From positions 58,838,001-58,902,000 of the forward strand of contig NC_043002.1 of the NCBI RefSeq assembly GCF_006345805.1: a stretch of 64,000 nt of DNA. The letters run 5' to 3'. Shown one piece after another: positions 1-11,991 of the stretch. The notes beneath the pieces were generated by a model. The model was given only the letters and a program-made list of their open reading frames with translations. It was not told the DNA's origin and ran no database searches. A program made the position numbers and the translations under genes. Numbering within the stretch: position 1 is the stretch's first letter; each line of letters begins with the position of its first letter. The stretch is from Octopus sinensis. Lineage: Eukaryota.

Positions 1-389
1 TGTGTACAGATATGTGTGTGTGTGCACGCGCATGCGTGCATGCATGTGTGTGTTTGTGTGTGTGTGTATTATGCAATGCTATTAGTTCTGCACAACTAGT
101 CTGACAACACATTAACTCACTGGAAGTTTATCCATAAACATCATGTGCTTTTTATGAATGAGATTGTTGGTATAAGATAAACCTTTATGACTCTCATCTG
201 TTCAAGTTTTACAGCAGCCAAAACACCTAAACTCATGGCTACAGGATAAAAAAAAGAAAAAAGGAAAAGAAAATCTCTTAAAATAGCTTAGTTTTCCAAA
301 TCTGCTTATCTTTCCTTGAACTTCATGTCCACCTTATACTCAACAAATTTTAACAGCCAGTTTATATATATATATATATATATATTCCA

Positions 390-841
390 TTTATTCATTT
401 ACGTGTTGCAGTCATTAGACTGTGCTCATGCTGGTGTACCACCTTGAAGACGAATTGACCCCGGGACTTATTTTTTTCAAGTCTGGTACTTATTTTATTT
501 CCCTCTTTTGCCAAACTGCTAAGTTACGGGACTTAAACACACCAACACTGGTTGTCAAGCGACAATGAGAGACAACCACACACATAGATAGATAAACAGA
601 CAGACAGACAGACAGACAGACAGATAGATAAATGGATAAATAGATAATTAGATAGACAGACAGTCAGTTAGACAGACAGACGGATGTGATGAGCTTCTTT
701 CAGTTCCTGTTTACCAAATCCACTCACAAGGTTTTGGCTGGCCTCAGGCTATAGTAGAAAACACTTGCCCAAGGTGCCATGCAGTGATGCTGAGCCCAGA
801 ACCATGGGGTCAAGAGACAAACTTACCACACAGCCATGCTT
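390..841 (-). mobile_element. SINE family A (tRNA-headed), near full length, interrupted by GACA/GATA microsatellite
   Basis: Same head (rc GCATGGCTGTGTGG...GGTTCTGGGCTCAGC) and tail (GTCCCGTAACTTAGCAGTTTGGCAAAAGAGG...CCAGCATGAGCACAGTC) as more than 20 other copies in the window. Confidence 0.8.
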
Positions 842-884
842 GTGATTATATATATATAATGCATGTATGTATGTATAATGTAGT

Positions 885-1206
885 GAAGACGTATGGCTCA
901 GTGGTTAGAGTGTCGAGCTTACAATCATGAGGTTGTGAATTCAAATCCCAGGCTGCATGTTGTTTTCTTGAGCAAGACACTTTATTTCACGTTGCTCTAG
1001 TTCACTCAGTTGTAGAAATGAGTTGCGAGGTCACAGGTGCCAAGCTGTATCGGCCTTTGCCTTTCCCTTGGATAAAACTGGTGGCATGGAGAGGGGAGGC
1101 TGATATGCATGAGCGACTGCTGGCCTTCCACAAACAAACTTGCCCAAACTTGTACCTGGGAGGTGCAATCCCTAGGTCAGTCATGACTGAAGTGGGGTCT
1201 CAGTAA
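885..1206 (+). mobile_element. SINE family C (tRNA-headed) with 13-bp target-site duplication
   Basis: A-box TGGCTCAGTGG, degenerate B-box GAATTCAAATC; TGTATAATGTAGT flanks both sides (872-884, 1207-1219). Related heads at ~5822-5960 and ~44803-45000. Confidence 0.8.
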
Positions 1207-1723
1207 TGTATAATGTAGTAGGATCAATCAAATGATTGTGGTAAAATACAGCTGGTTTCTCTTTAGCTTGAACGTGACTTATAAAAAATACACCTAACTC
1301 AATGACTGATCCTTAGAATCCATTTATCAATGCATCAAATACCATTCATCCTATATCAAGATTAGACAGACATTTCTGATAAGAAGACAGATGCTATACA
1401 ACTCCATTCAAAAGCAACAAACATTGTTTATAATATGATGGAAGTGATGGATGAGGTATTTTGATGCAACTGATGTCTTGTAGCTGTCTAGTGTACTTTT
1501 TCCTGATACATATGACTGTTTAATTGAAAATAGTTCACCATAATGAAGAATGTATTCTCCATTACGGTGGACTATTTTCAAGTTAACAGTTGTATCTACC
1601 TGATGTAAGTCACACTGACAGATTCAAGACATGCTTCAGAAACTGCTGTGGTACTCAACTACCTCTTCATTCCATTTTATTTACAGATATGTGTGTGTAT
1701 ATATATAACATGCTGGTATTCAA

Positions 1724-1800
1724 TATATCATAGCAGCAAGATTTGACTGAAGAAATCCAGTAGACTGAAATCAAACATTAAAATGTTTGATTTGTTATGA
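1724..1800 (+). repeat. Internally deleted copy of the hammerhead-like repeat at 3329-3433
   Basis: Shares TATCAT(A/G)GCAGCAAGAT(T/G)TGACTG and GAAATCCAGTAGAC(T/C)GAAATC with the 3329 copy; the intervening ~26 bp is missing between two ACTG microhomologies. Confidence 0.7.
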
Positions 1801-1905
1801 GATTTTTAGAATAATAATTATCAGATATTTAATTAATTTCTATGTGGTTATTATAGATAATATCTTTTCACTGTTGATGGAATAACTACAAAGCGGTTTG
1901 TCTCT

Positions 1906-1949
<44 letters not shown>

Positions 1950-2030
1950 GAATTTTGATTTAGTGTGCTAAATTGAAATTTTTTTTCCCTGATAGCTTGG
2001 AATTATTACATTCCCTAACTATTAATAATA

Positions 2031-2060
<30 letters not shown>

Positions 2061-2064
<4 letters not shown>

Positions 2065-3325
2065 GTCATCCCATAAATAATGCAGTTGTTTTCAATTGCA
2101 TGAACTAAAAGTTGGAGGGGGATGGGATAAACAACTTGCATCGACTTACAGGTATTACAGGTATTAACTTTACCTTGTACTTATTCTTAGTGCAAGTTTT
2201 GAAGAGTGCAGTTCGATTTTAACGGTTATTTTTTCAAAGCTATAATGAAAGTGACAAAGGAGCATATTCAGCATATTTTGCTTTATGAGTTCAATAAAGA
2301 CAACAACGCAACGGAAAGTGCAAGGAATATTAATGCAATATATAGGGATTGGAAAATAAGCATAAGCCAGTGTCAATGATGGTTCCAGAAATTCTGAATC
2401 AGAAACTACTGCCTGGAAGACTGAAAGATCTGTAGAGCTTGACAAGGACATCTTGCAAAATCTACTGGAACAAAATCCCATCGTAACTGTTGAGGAACTA
2501 GAAGAGAAGCTTGAATTTGGTCATTCAACCATTCATCGACACCTGCGTTCCATCAGAAAAGTCAGCAAATTGGGTCAATGTGTTCCCCACAAACTTTCCA
2601 AGTCTAATCGAGTGCAAAGAGTGAATGTGTGCTCTCTTTTACTGTCACGTCTCACGAATGAACCTTTTTTGGACTGAAAAGTGACTGGTGATGAGAAATG
2701 GGTTCTCTATAAAAATGTCAAGCGCCAGAGACAGTGAGCAGGGTAAGGAGAAACACTGGCACCCCAGGCTAAAAGTCTTCACCCACATAAGGTCTTATCT
2801 GTTTGGTGGGATAAGAAAGGTTTAGACCACTATGATCTTTTAAACCTAAACCAAACAATAACAAAGGAGATCTACTGCAAACAGCTTGAGTGGCTTAAGT
2901 CAGCGCTGGAAGAAAAATGACCATCTTTGATTTCAAGACGAAAAGTGCCCTTCCATCAGGATAATGCTCGGTCACATACAGCAAGGATGAGATTCCAAAG
3001 GCTGGAGAAGTTTGAATGGGAAACAATGCCCCACCTACCATATTCATTGGATATTGCCCCATCTGATTATCTGCAGTCTTCAAAATCATTTGGACGGAAA
3101 AAATATGAATTCTGTAGATAAGGTCAGAATAGTGTTGAAGGAGCATTTTTCATCACAGACAAGTAAATTTTGGAAGAGGAGCCTTGCAAGTTTACCAGAT
3201 AGATGGAAGAGCATTGTAAAACACGAAGGAGAGTATATCTTGGATTAAAAAAGAACTTTGTTTATCTTAATTCTGAAAAATAAAAGAAGTATAAAAAAAA
3301 CAGCATTATTTATGGGATGATCCAA
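2061..3325 (+). mobile_element. Mariner (D,D34D) DNA transposon, full length, inactive
   Basis: 23-bp TIRs TTAGGTCATCCCATAAATAATGC (2061-2083) / GCATTATTTATGGGATGATCCAA (3303-3325, 2 mismatches); ~1.27 kb; left end in a TA run. Confidence 0.95.
2245..3248 (+). pseudogene. Mariner transposase pseudogene
   Basis: MKVTKEHIQHILLYEF start; CVPHKL (WVPHEL-like), VTGDEKWVLYKN, HQDNARSH and YSLDIAPSDY with exactly 34 residues between the 2nd and 3rd Asp; ends EGEYILD*. Multiple stops and frameshifts. Confidence 0.95.
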
Positions 3326-3371
3326 AAATATATCATGGCAGCAAGATGTGACTGGCATGCAGTGACAGCAC

Positions 3372-3417
3372 TTCCTACTGATGAAATCCAGTAGACCGAA
3401 ATCATGTGATATGGGAA
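3372..3417 (+). ncRNA. Minimal type I hammerhead ribozyme motif (weak stem II)
   Basis: TTCCTA-CTGATGA-AATCcagtaGACC-GAAA-TCatgtGA-TA-TGGGAA: 6-bp stem I, canonical core, 3-bp stem III, AUA triplet; stem II has only 2 Watson-Crick pairs. Confidence 0.5.
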
Positions 3418-3729
3418 TTCTCGTCTGCTACAATCTGTGTGTGCGTGTGCACGCGCGTACACTTTTACGCAGCAAGCACCTGTAAGAGAGGATCTCTCAA
3501 CACTAATAATGCAGTATTTGGTGTTTTAACAAGGCATCTATGTTAAGTTGGATACATACCTTATATATGTATATGTATATATATATGTGTGTGTATATAT
3601 ATATATTTATATATATATATATACACACATTATATATATATATATATACACACATTATATATATATATACACACACATTATATATATATATATATATACA
3701 CACACATTATATATATATATATATATATT

Positions 3730-4173
3730 ATGTGAAATAGAAAGATGAATAATCTTGTAGTAGATTAATCAAAAGTTTAACCGATACTTAGTAGCAAAAA
3801 TCACAGCAGTGAACAGCACGGTTGGAGGTACAACCATCTGGCGTTGCAACCGTGCGTTGGTGCGGATAATTGAAATTAAAACATTATTGGTGAATTGAAG
3901 AAATGGAGCTGAACGCAGATTGAACAGAAATCGTTTTATTTCATTCTACACGTGTTTCGAAAGGCACAAATTACCAAAATCCGATTGAATAATGGGACCA
4001 TATTGTGTCTTTCTCTTCAGGAAGAAAAAAGGAAATCCGAAGAGAAAGACACAATATGGTCCCATTATTCAATCGATTTTGGTAATTTGTGCCTTTCGAA
4101 ACACGTGTAGAATGAAATAAAACGATTTCTGTTCAATCTGCGTTCAGCTCCATTTCTTCAATTCACCAATAAT
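3730..4173. mobile_element. ORF-less fold-back element, Penelope-LTR-like, between TA microsatellites
   Basis: Arms 3883-4018 and 4039-4173 are near-perfect reverse complements (one 1-nt indel seen) around a 20-nt spacer; contains a hammerhead motif. Penelope assignment is inferred; no RT or GIY-YIG ORF here. Confidence 0.65.
3939..4028 (-). ncRNA. Type I hammerhead ribozyme motif with long stem II
   Basis: Minus strand: TTTTCTTC-CTGAAGA-GAAAGACACAA(33-nt loop)TTGTGCCTTTC-GAAA-CACGTG-TA-GAATGAAA. Stem II 10/11 pairs, palindromic ACACGUGU stem III, GUA triplet, stem I with one mismatch. Confidence 0.7.
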
Positions 4174-4234
4174 TATATATATATATATATATATATACAC
4201 ATACACATTATATATATATATATATATATACACA

Positions 4235-4492
4235 CAGTGCAACCTGACTGGCTCCTGTGCCTGTGACACGTAAAAAGCACCATTCAAGTGTGGTCAATGC
4301 CGGTACCACCTGGATGGCACATAAAAAGCACCCATTACACTCTCGGAGTGGTTGGTGCTAGGAAGGGCATCCAGTTGTAGAAACCTTGCCACATTAGATT
4401 GGAACCGGTGTGGCCTCCTTGCTTGCCAGTCCCCAGTCAAACTGTCCAACCCATGCCAGCATGGAAAGCAGACATTAAATGATGATGATGAT
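4235..4492 (+). mobile_element. RTE-LINE 3' UTR fragment with (GAT)n tail
   Basis: Same sequence that follows the RTE ORF at 30018-30857. Further copies at ~4822-5085(-), 8815-9095(-), 12194-12670(-), 33085-33340(-), 42355-42630(-), 47155-47420(-), 48795-48985(+), 51395-51780(-), 54000-54235(+). Confidence 0.75.
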
Positions 4493-5692
4493 ATAGCTTT
4501 GTGAGGGGATTTGACAGATTGAAACTGAAAGAAGACTGTCATACGTATGTTTGTATCTTCTTGTCATGACATCATGTGATAGTTGCAAATGATTGTCACT
4601 ATCATACAAGCAGTGTCATTTGCTTCCAAATATTTGGGAACAAGTAACGCAGTGTATTGGCAAAATCATTAGCATGCAGGCCAGAATGCTTAGCTGCATT
4701 TCATCCATCTTTATGTTCCGAGTTCAAATTCCACCGAGGTCAACTTTGCCGTTCAACTTTTCGGGGTTAATAAAATAAGCACCAGCTGAGCACTGAGGGT
4801 TGATTTAATCAACTAGTCCCATCATCATCATCATCATTTAATGTCTGCTTTCCACGCTTTCCATGCTGGCATGGGTTGGATGGTTTGACTGGGGACTGGC
4901 AAGCTAGGAGGCCATACCAAGCTCCAATCTGATCTAGCAATATTTCTACAGCTGGATGCCTTTCCTAATGCCAACCACTCCGAGAGTGTAGTGGGTGCCT
5001 TTTATGTGCCACTGGCACAGGAGCCAGTCATGCAGCACTGGCATCGGTCATGTTCAGACAGTGCATTTTACATGCTACTAGCAACAAAATTCCAGGCCTT
5101 GTGCCTATAGCAGAAAGGAATATTTTGGAATGCATATAAGGATTCAAAAATACAATAAAATAAAATAAAATAAAAATTAGTAATTTAATTGTTTCTAATT
5201 CCAGCAAAAGGCCAGCAGTTTTGAAGGGTAGGTTTAGTGAAATATATTGATTCCAGATTTGGCTTGTACATTCTATTGCTTCTCTTGTGGATAGATGACA
5301 GGCAAAGTTGACCACAGCAGGATTTGATCTCAGAGCTGAAAAAGCTTTAAAGAATACTGCAAAGCATTTTGTCTGAAGCTCTAATGGTTCTGCCACTGCA
5401 ACACCCTTCTGGCAAAGGTTGTGCAAATTATATAGTTGCCATTATGGGTATTTTGAGTTAATACAAAAATATCAAGATTTACAAATAAAAGATATATATA
5501 TATATATAATGGATTTTGTGTAGAGAGTTCCAGTAATTATGGACTGTGAGCAAATGAATAATAAACTATTTATGTACCTCGTTAAATAAGGAAAGCTGAT
5601 CAGATTGAAAACTGGAATTGTTCTTTGAATAGAACTTCCTATTTTTGTCAAAGATGTCTTTCATTTCTATTTTCAACACTCATACAAATACT

Positions 5693-5723
<31 letters not shown>

Positions 5724-6010
5724 TGTGTGTGTGTGTGTGTGTGCATCCATGTGAGTGTATTTCTTGAAGCCCGGGCCTCATAAGACTGGTTAACTAGTTC
5801 CCATAATGTATAAGTGACTGATGTGAAGGCCTTTGGCTAAGTGGTTAGGGTATTCAGTTCATGATCATAAGGTTGTGAGTTCAATTCTCAATGGCACATT
5901 ATGTTCTCAAGCAAGACACTTAATTTCACGTTGCTCCAATCCATTCAGCTGGCAAGCCTTGTCACCTGTGTGTGTGTGTGTGTGTAAACAATGTTCTTAA
6001 GTTTCTATGC

Positions 6011-6072
<62 letters not shown>

Positions 6073-6504
6073 TCTCTCTCTCCACACATACATACTGTGT
6101 GGTTTTGCTCTGAAATTTACTGACTTAGTCAAAACAGTTACTAATTATATTAATTATAATTAGTTGTTATTTTTATATAACAATGATAATCAGGACAAAG
6201 CACCAATCCCAACAAAGCTATCTTTAGAAATCCATTCTTAAAGGTTTCCACGCAGCTGACCTTCATCTATTCATGCTACAATACAAATGTTCTCTAAACT
6301 CCTTCCCCAAGAATTGCTAGCCTTCTGCCAAAATTTGCATGTATTTTTCTGATATGCTTTGCTATATCCTTATTGTTGTTGTTACTCTTATTAACTGAAA
6401 GTTACCCTTTTTAACTGTGTTGTATTTTTTTATGTGGTCCTCTATGTCTTGGACCCTTGTGGTCAAAGAAAGAAATTATTGTTATTGATATTATTTTTGT
6501 TAAG

Positions 6505-7395
6505 TGAAGGCAGTGAGCTGGCAGAATTGTTAGCATGCTAGACAAAATGCTTAGTGGTATTTCATCTATCTTTACGTTCTGAGTTCAAATTCCGCCGAGG
6601 TCAAATTTGACTTTCATCCTTTCAGAGTCAATAAATTAAGTACCAATGAGACACTGGGATTGATGTAATCGACTAGTCTCCTCCGCCAAATTTCAGGCCT
6701 TGTGCCTATAATAGAAAGGATTATTATTATTCTTATTAAGTGAAAGCGGTGAGCTGGCAGAATCATTAGCACACCGGGTGAAATGCTTAGTGGTATTTCG
6801 TCTGTCTTTACATTCTGAGTTCAAACTCTGCCAAAGTCAATTTTGCCTTTCATCTTTTGGGGTCGATAAATTAAGTACCAGTTGCATGTTGGGGTCGATC
6901 TAATTGATGTGCCTATAGTAGACAGGATTATTATTCTTATTCTTCATCGAGCTGGCAGAAGCATTATCGTGCCAGACAAAATGTTTAGGGGGCATTTCTT
7001 CCAGTTTTATATTCCAAGTTCAAATTCTGCCAAGGCCAGATTTGCTTTCCATCTTTTCAAGGTCGATGAAAGAAATATCTTTTGAACACTGGGGTCAATG
7101 TAACTGACTCATTCCCTACTCCAAAATTCCAGTTATTACGTTAATAGCAGAAAGGATTATCATCATCATCATCACCATCATAAGGCAGCAAGCTGGCAGA
7201 ACCATTAGCACGCCAGACAAAATGCTTAGCAACATTTTGCCCATCGGTACATTTCTGAGTTCAAATTCTGCCGAGATCGACTTCGCCTTTCATCCTTTCG
7301 GGGGCAATAAATTAAGTATCAGTGAAATGTTGGGGTTGATGTAATCAACTAGTCCTCTTCCCCAAAATTAGAGGCCTTGTGCCTCCAGTAGAAAG
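6505..7395 (+). mobile_element. Four head-to-tail copies of SINE family B
   Basis: Each ~200-230 bp: AAGG..GAGCTGGCAGAA...TGAGTTCAAATTC (B-box)...CTTTGCCTTTCATCCTTT.GGGGTCGATAAATTAAGTACCAG...GCCTTGTGCC; separated by (ATT)n/(CAT)n. Confidence 0.85.
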
Positions 7396-7644
7396 GATCA
7401 TCATCATCATCATCATTTAACGTCCTCCTCCCATGCTGGCATGGGTTGAACGGATTGACAGGAGCTGGCCAGATAGAAGACTGCATTATACTTCTGTGTC
7501 TATTTTCACATCATCATCATCATCATCATCACCATTATTATTATTATTATTATTATTTTTATGATCCAGTCCTTTAAGGAGTATTTTGGGTTGTATTATC
7601 TAATGCCTCCTTTCTATTTTTTATTTAAATGGGAAGAAGTGATT

Positions 7645-7960
7645 TTGAGAGAGAGAAGGGTAAGAGAGAGAGGGAAGAGTGAGAAAGAGAGAAGGGTAAG
7701 AGAGGGGGATGGGTGACAGAGAGAGGGAAGAGTGAGAGAGCGAGAAGAGAGAGCATGAAGAGTGAGAGGGGAAAGAGTGAGAGAGAGAGAAGAGTGAGAG
7801 AGAGGGAAGAGTGAGAGAAAACAGAGAAAGACAGATAGACAAGCAGAAAGAGGGTTGAGAGGGAAAGGGTGAGAGAGAGAGAGGGAAAAGTGAGAGAGAG
7901 GGAAAAGTGAGTAAGAGAGGAAGGAGAGAGGGGAGAGAGAGAGAAGGAAGAGATAGACTC
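7645..7960. repeat. Polypurine AG-rich low-complexity tract
   Basis: Almost pure A/G with recurring GAGAGAGGGAAGAGT-like units. Confidence 0.9.
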
Positions 7961-8369
7961 AGATTATCTGAGGTGTTTAGTAAAAGTGCATTTATTAGTA
8001 GCTGCATTAGTGTTTGGCCTCATAGTTTCTATAGCAACGATATTAGTTTAGAAGAGTGATACACGAAATGGAAGCCGAGTGAAAACATGAAACTGTGTAA
8101 CAACAGAGCATCATGTCACTGAGACATTGAGACGATCACAGACTGACAGACTGGCCTATATTGATTGGGGATTGGCAATACATTGGAGTAAAATTAACTT
8201 ACACAAACTGATTTTTATTGTTGTACATGTGTTGCTGTTGTTGTGTGTGGGGGGGGGGCCATGTATATACATACATAGTTGTATGTTGAGAGAGCAGGTT
8301 GCCTTGTGCATGTCGGCTTGAATGAATTTGTGTTGTTCGTTTTTTTCATTTCTTATCTATGGTATGGCT

Positions 8370-8735
8370 GTGTGATAAGATTGCTCCCCCAACCACATGG
8401 TTTTAGGTTCAGTCCTACTGCATGGCACCTTGGGCAAGTGTCTTTTGTTAAAGCCTCAGGCCAACCAAAGCCTCGTGAGTAGATTTGGTAGACAGAGACT
8501 AAAAGAAACCTATCATATTGTGTGTGTGTGTGTTATTTTGTCCCCCACTACTTTTTGACAACTGATGCTGCGATATTTACATTCCCTTAACTTAGCAGTG
8601 CAGCAAAAGAGACTGACAGAATAAGTAACAGGCTTAAAATAGAACTGAATACTGGAGTTGATTCATATGACTAAAAATTCTTCGCGGTGGTGTTCCGGCA
8701 TGGCCACAGTCTAATGACTGAAACAAGTGAAAGAT
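8370..8735 (+). mobile_element. SINE family A, full length
   Basis: Head TGGCTGTGTGATAAG...GGTTCAGTCC, central (TG)n, tail GCATGGCCACAGTCTAATGACTGAAACAAG. Confidence 0.8.
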
Positions 8736-9371
8736 AACAGAAAAATGATAAATACTGTAAGTGTGGTCCTCTAGCTAAGTCACTGTTTTATGCGCATGTC
8801 AGTTTTTCAGTGTCATCATCATCATTGTTTAATGTCCACTTTCCATGCTGGCATGGGTTGGATGGTTTGGCTGAGGACTGGCAAGCCAGAAGGCTGCACC
8901 AGGCTCCAATCCGATCTGGCAATGTTTCTACAGCTGGATGCCCTTCCTAACACCAACCACTCTGAGAGTATAGTGGGTGCTTTTTCCATGCCACCGGCAC
9001 AAGGGCTAGTCAGGCGATACTGGCATCAGCCACACTTGGGTGGTGTTTTTTATGTGCCACTGGCACAGGAGCCAGTCAGGCGGAGCTGGCAACATGTGGG
9101 TGGATATATTGCATACATATTATATTTGATCACATAAAAGATGCTGGGTATATCAAATGCACCCCAATTTCAGCAACACATATTCAAGTTAAAAAAAAGT
9201 TTTAGTACATTAAAGCTTATGGGAGACCCATCTTCACCTATAGGACCCGGGTTCATATTTGTGAGACCTTTTTTTTTAAGTCTTCTATGCCATTAGATAC
9301 AGTTTATTTTACACATTCTGACACAAGTGCATAAACATTCACAAAAATAAGTGGCTATCAATTGGTTACAA

Positions 9372-9672
9372 CAGTTATTCCCAAACATTTTTGGGCTGCT
9401 GCCCCCTAAATACCCAAGCCACATTTCTAACGCCTCCACCCCAACTAACCATCACAAACATAGACCTCTTTCTGAAGCAAATTCAAAGCAAATAAAGCCT
9501 AACCTAATGAACCCATTATTTTATTGTTTTTACATGAATCACTATCCCATTATTGCCCCACATTTTACATGAAATGCTACCCCATTGTCAGTCCACTTTT
9601 CTTCAATGCCCCCTTGGAATTTTCCACCACCCCTATGGAGGAAGGCAATACCACCCTCTTTGGGAACCACAG
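9372..9672. mobile_element. hAT-like MITE
   Basis: Imperfect TIRs CAGTTATTCCCAAA / TTTGGGAACCACAG; no ORF. Confidence 0.55.
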
Positions 9673-9732
9673 GGTTAAAACAATGATTATTTAGACGTTA
9701 GGTTCACTGGAGTATCTGTCATAGAATTAGGG

Positions 9733-10004
9733 CAGTGGTTCTCAACCATTTTTTACCTGTAGACCTCTTTGTTTCCAGTTTTACTTAGCTGGACCCCACA
9801 ACCATTCGATGCTTAAAAAATATTATATTTTTATAATTAAAAATAATTAGTAATTGTATTTTTAAAAATTGTCAAAATATTTTGTGTATTGTAGAAGCAT
9901 AACCAGTTTATTGCTGATAAATTTTAACAACAAAATCTTATATGGACCATTAAGAGCCACATGGACCTGTAAGGGCCATATTGAACCCCAGCTGAGAACC
10001 ATTG
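9733..10004. mobile_element. hAT-like MITE
   Basis: TIRs CAGTGGTTCTCAAC / GCTGAGAACCATTG; flanking 8-mers AATTAGGG and AGTTATGA (5/8, central TA). Confidence 0.7.
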
Positions 10005-10944
10005 AGTTATGATCTAAGTGGCTGTGTATCAACATAATCCTCAAGCAGAGTGAGAAAGGCATAGTGTCTGACAAGAAGTCAGACCTTTGAATTGCATGTA
10101 CAATCCATCCTGCAGGCTTCCATGCAGTTTCCATCTAATAAGTTTCACTTGGATCGAACCAAAGCCATGGAAGTGAACACAGGACCTCTTGACTGCAAAG
10201 AGAATTCCCTATTCAACCAAGCTGCATCCAACATCCTCTCTATCGCAGTCTGTCTGTCTCTCTCCTTCTGTTTCATTCCCTTCTCTTCTCCCATGTCCTG
10301 TGACAGCAGGGTAGACTAGAAGCAACCTTCTATGAGTCATATCTACAACCAGTTACTATTTCCAGCAAAGTCATTATCCTTCGTTTATGCTTAGTCATTA
10401 ACCTGTACAAGGACAGCCTTCATCAACAGGTCTTCTCTAAAATACATTACACATACAACACAAAGTTTTGTTGATGTCCTAATAACCCGAAGCGTTATGA
10501 GATATAAGCTTGCACTTTAAAACATTTATCTGATGATCCTTTTTGGATCACGAAAGTTACTAATGCAATGACTATGTAACCACATATGCAGCAGTCAGAC
10601 ACACAGCACTTTTTCTTTACATTTTCCTTTTGTATTCAAATGGTGTTTGTAATGAAAATGTTTCACTCTATGTAAAATGAATAGAAGAATTTTCGTCCTT
10701 TATCAAATATGTAGCTGCCGTCTTAATAAAGGCATAGGCATGGCTGAGTGCTTAAGAAGCTCACTTTGCAACCACATGGCTTCAGGTTCAATAGCACTGT
10801 GTGGCAACTAATGCCTTCTGGGTGAATTTGGGAAATAGAAACTGTGTGGAAACCTCTGTGTGTATGTATGTGTGTATGTGGACATATGTGTATAACACTC
10901 AGCAACAATACTCATTCTAGATTGCATACCACACGAAGGGTAAT

Positions 10945-11239
10945 CTGTCTGTCTGTCTATCTATCTATTTATGTCTGTCTGTTTGCCTGTCTGTCTATCT
11001 GTCTGTCTTTCTATCTATCTATATCTGTCTTTCTATCTATGTCTGTCTATCTGTCTATCTATCTATGTCAGTCCATCTGTCTATCTATGTCAGTCCATCT
11101 GTCTATCTATGTCAGTCTATCTATCTATCTATGTCAGTTTATCTATCTATCTATCTATGTCAGTCTATCTATCTATCTATCTATGTCTATCTGTGTCTGT
11201 CTATCACTGTCTGTCTGTTTGTCTACCTGTGTCTGTCTG

Positions 11240-11274
<35 letters not shown>

Positions 11275-11330
11275 GTGTCTATCTATCTATTTACCTATCT
11301 ATGTGCTTATCTATTTGTGTCTACTTTTAT
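10945..11330. repeat. (TCTA)n/(TCTG)n microsatellite
   Basis: Direct reading; similar tracts at 18300-18540 and 24640-24870. Confidence 0.95.
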
Positions 11331-11866
11331 ATCTAAATCTATTACAGATAATTGAACCCCTTTATACCTTCATGTACTTTGCTACCTTTATTTCTTTTGA
11401 TCTTCTTTGAGTGTCATTCCTAAACTCTCCTACTAATGGCCTTATCTGTTATCCTACTATATATATATTTAATAATTAAGGATAAAATCTTTAAAATTTT
11501 ATCAAGTAGTCAACATGTATAAGTAATATTTAATACACGTATATATATATATATATCTATATATATATATATATAAGAAAGAAGACAAAAAGGACCACTG
11601 ATGAGGTCACAGAAGTGTGATGAAAGAACTCTTGCCGAAATAAGATTAAGATTAATGTAAAAAATAAATAAAGCTGAAGCAAATTAACACCAAATATATA
11701 GTGCATGTGTTTTTATTGGCTAAACTGGCAACATGACCATCCCTAAATACAATAATATCTGTTTCAACACACGATTTCACATCAAGAATCTTGCAAATCA
11801 AATATATAAACGTCTATATATATATATATATATCTATATATATATATATAATATATATATATACAT

Positions 11867-11991
<125 letters not shown>

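Noticed and set aside
8790-9137. Recurrent ORFs containing FLQLDALPNTNHSESVVGAF (also 29677, 33163, 40130, 42464, 47068, 48586, 51469)
   Set aside because: Antisense reading of the RTE 3' UTR; starts, stops and frames are inconsistent between copies.
11594-11637. CTGATGA-GGTCAC...GTGAT-GAAA-GAACTC-TT hammerhead-like string
   Set aside because: Core and stem II are suggestive, but stem I strands (ACCA, GCCG) do not pair; at best a dead remnant.
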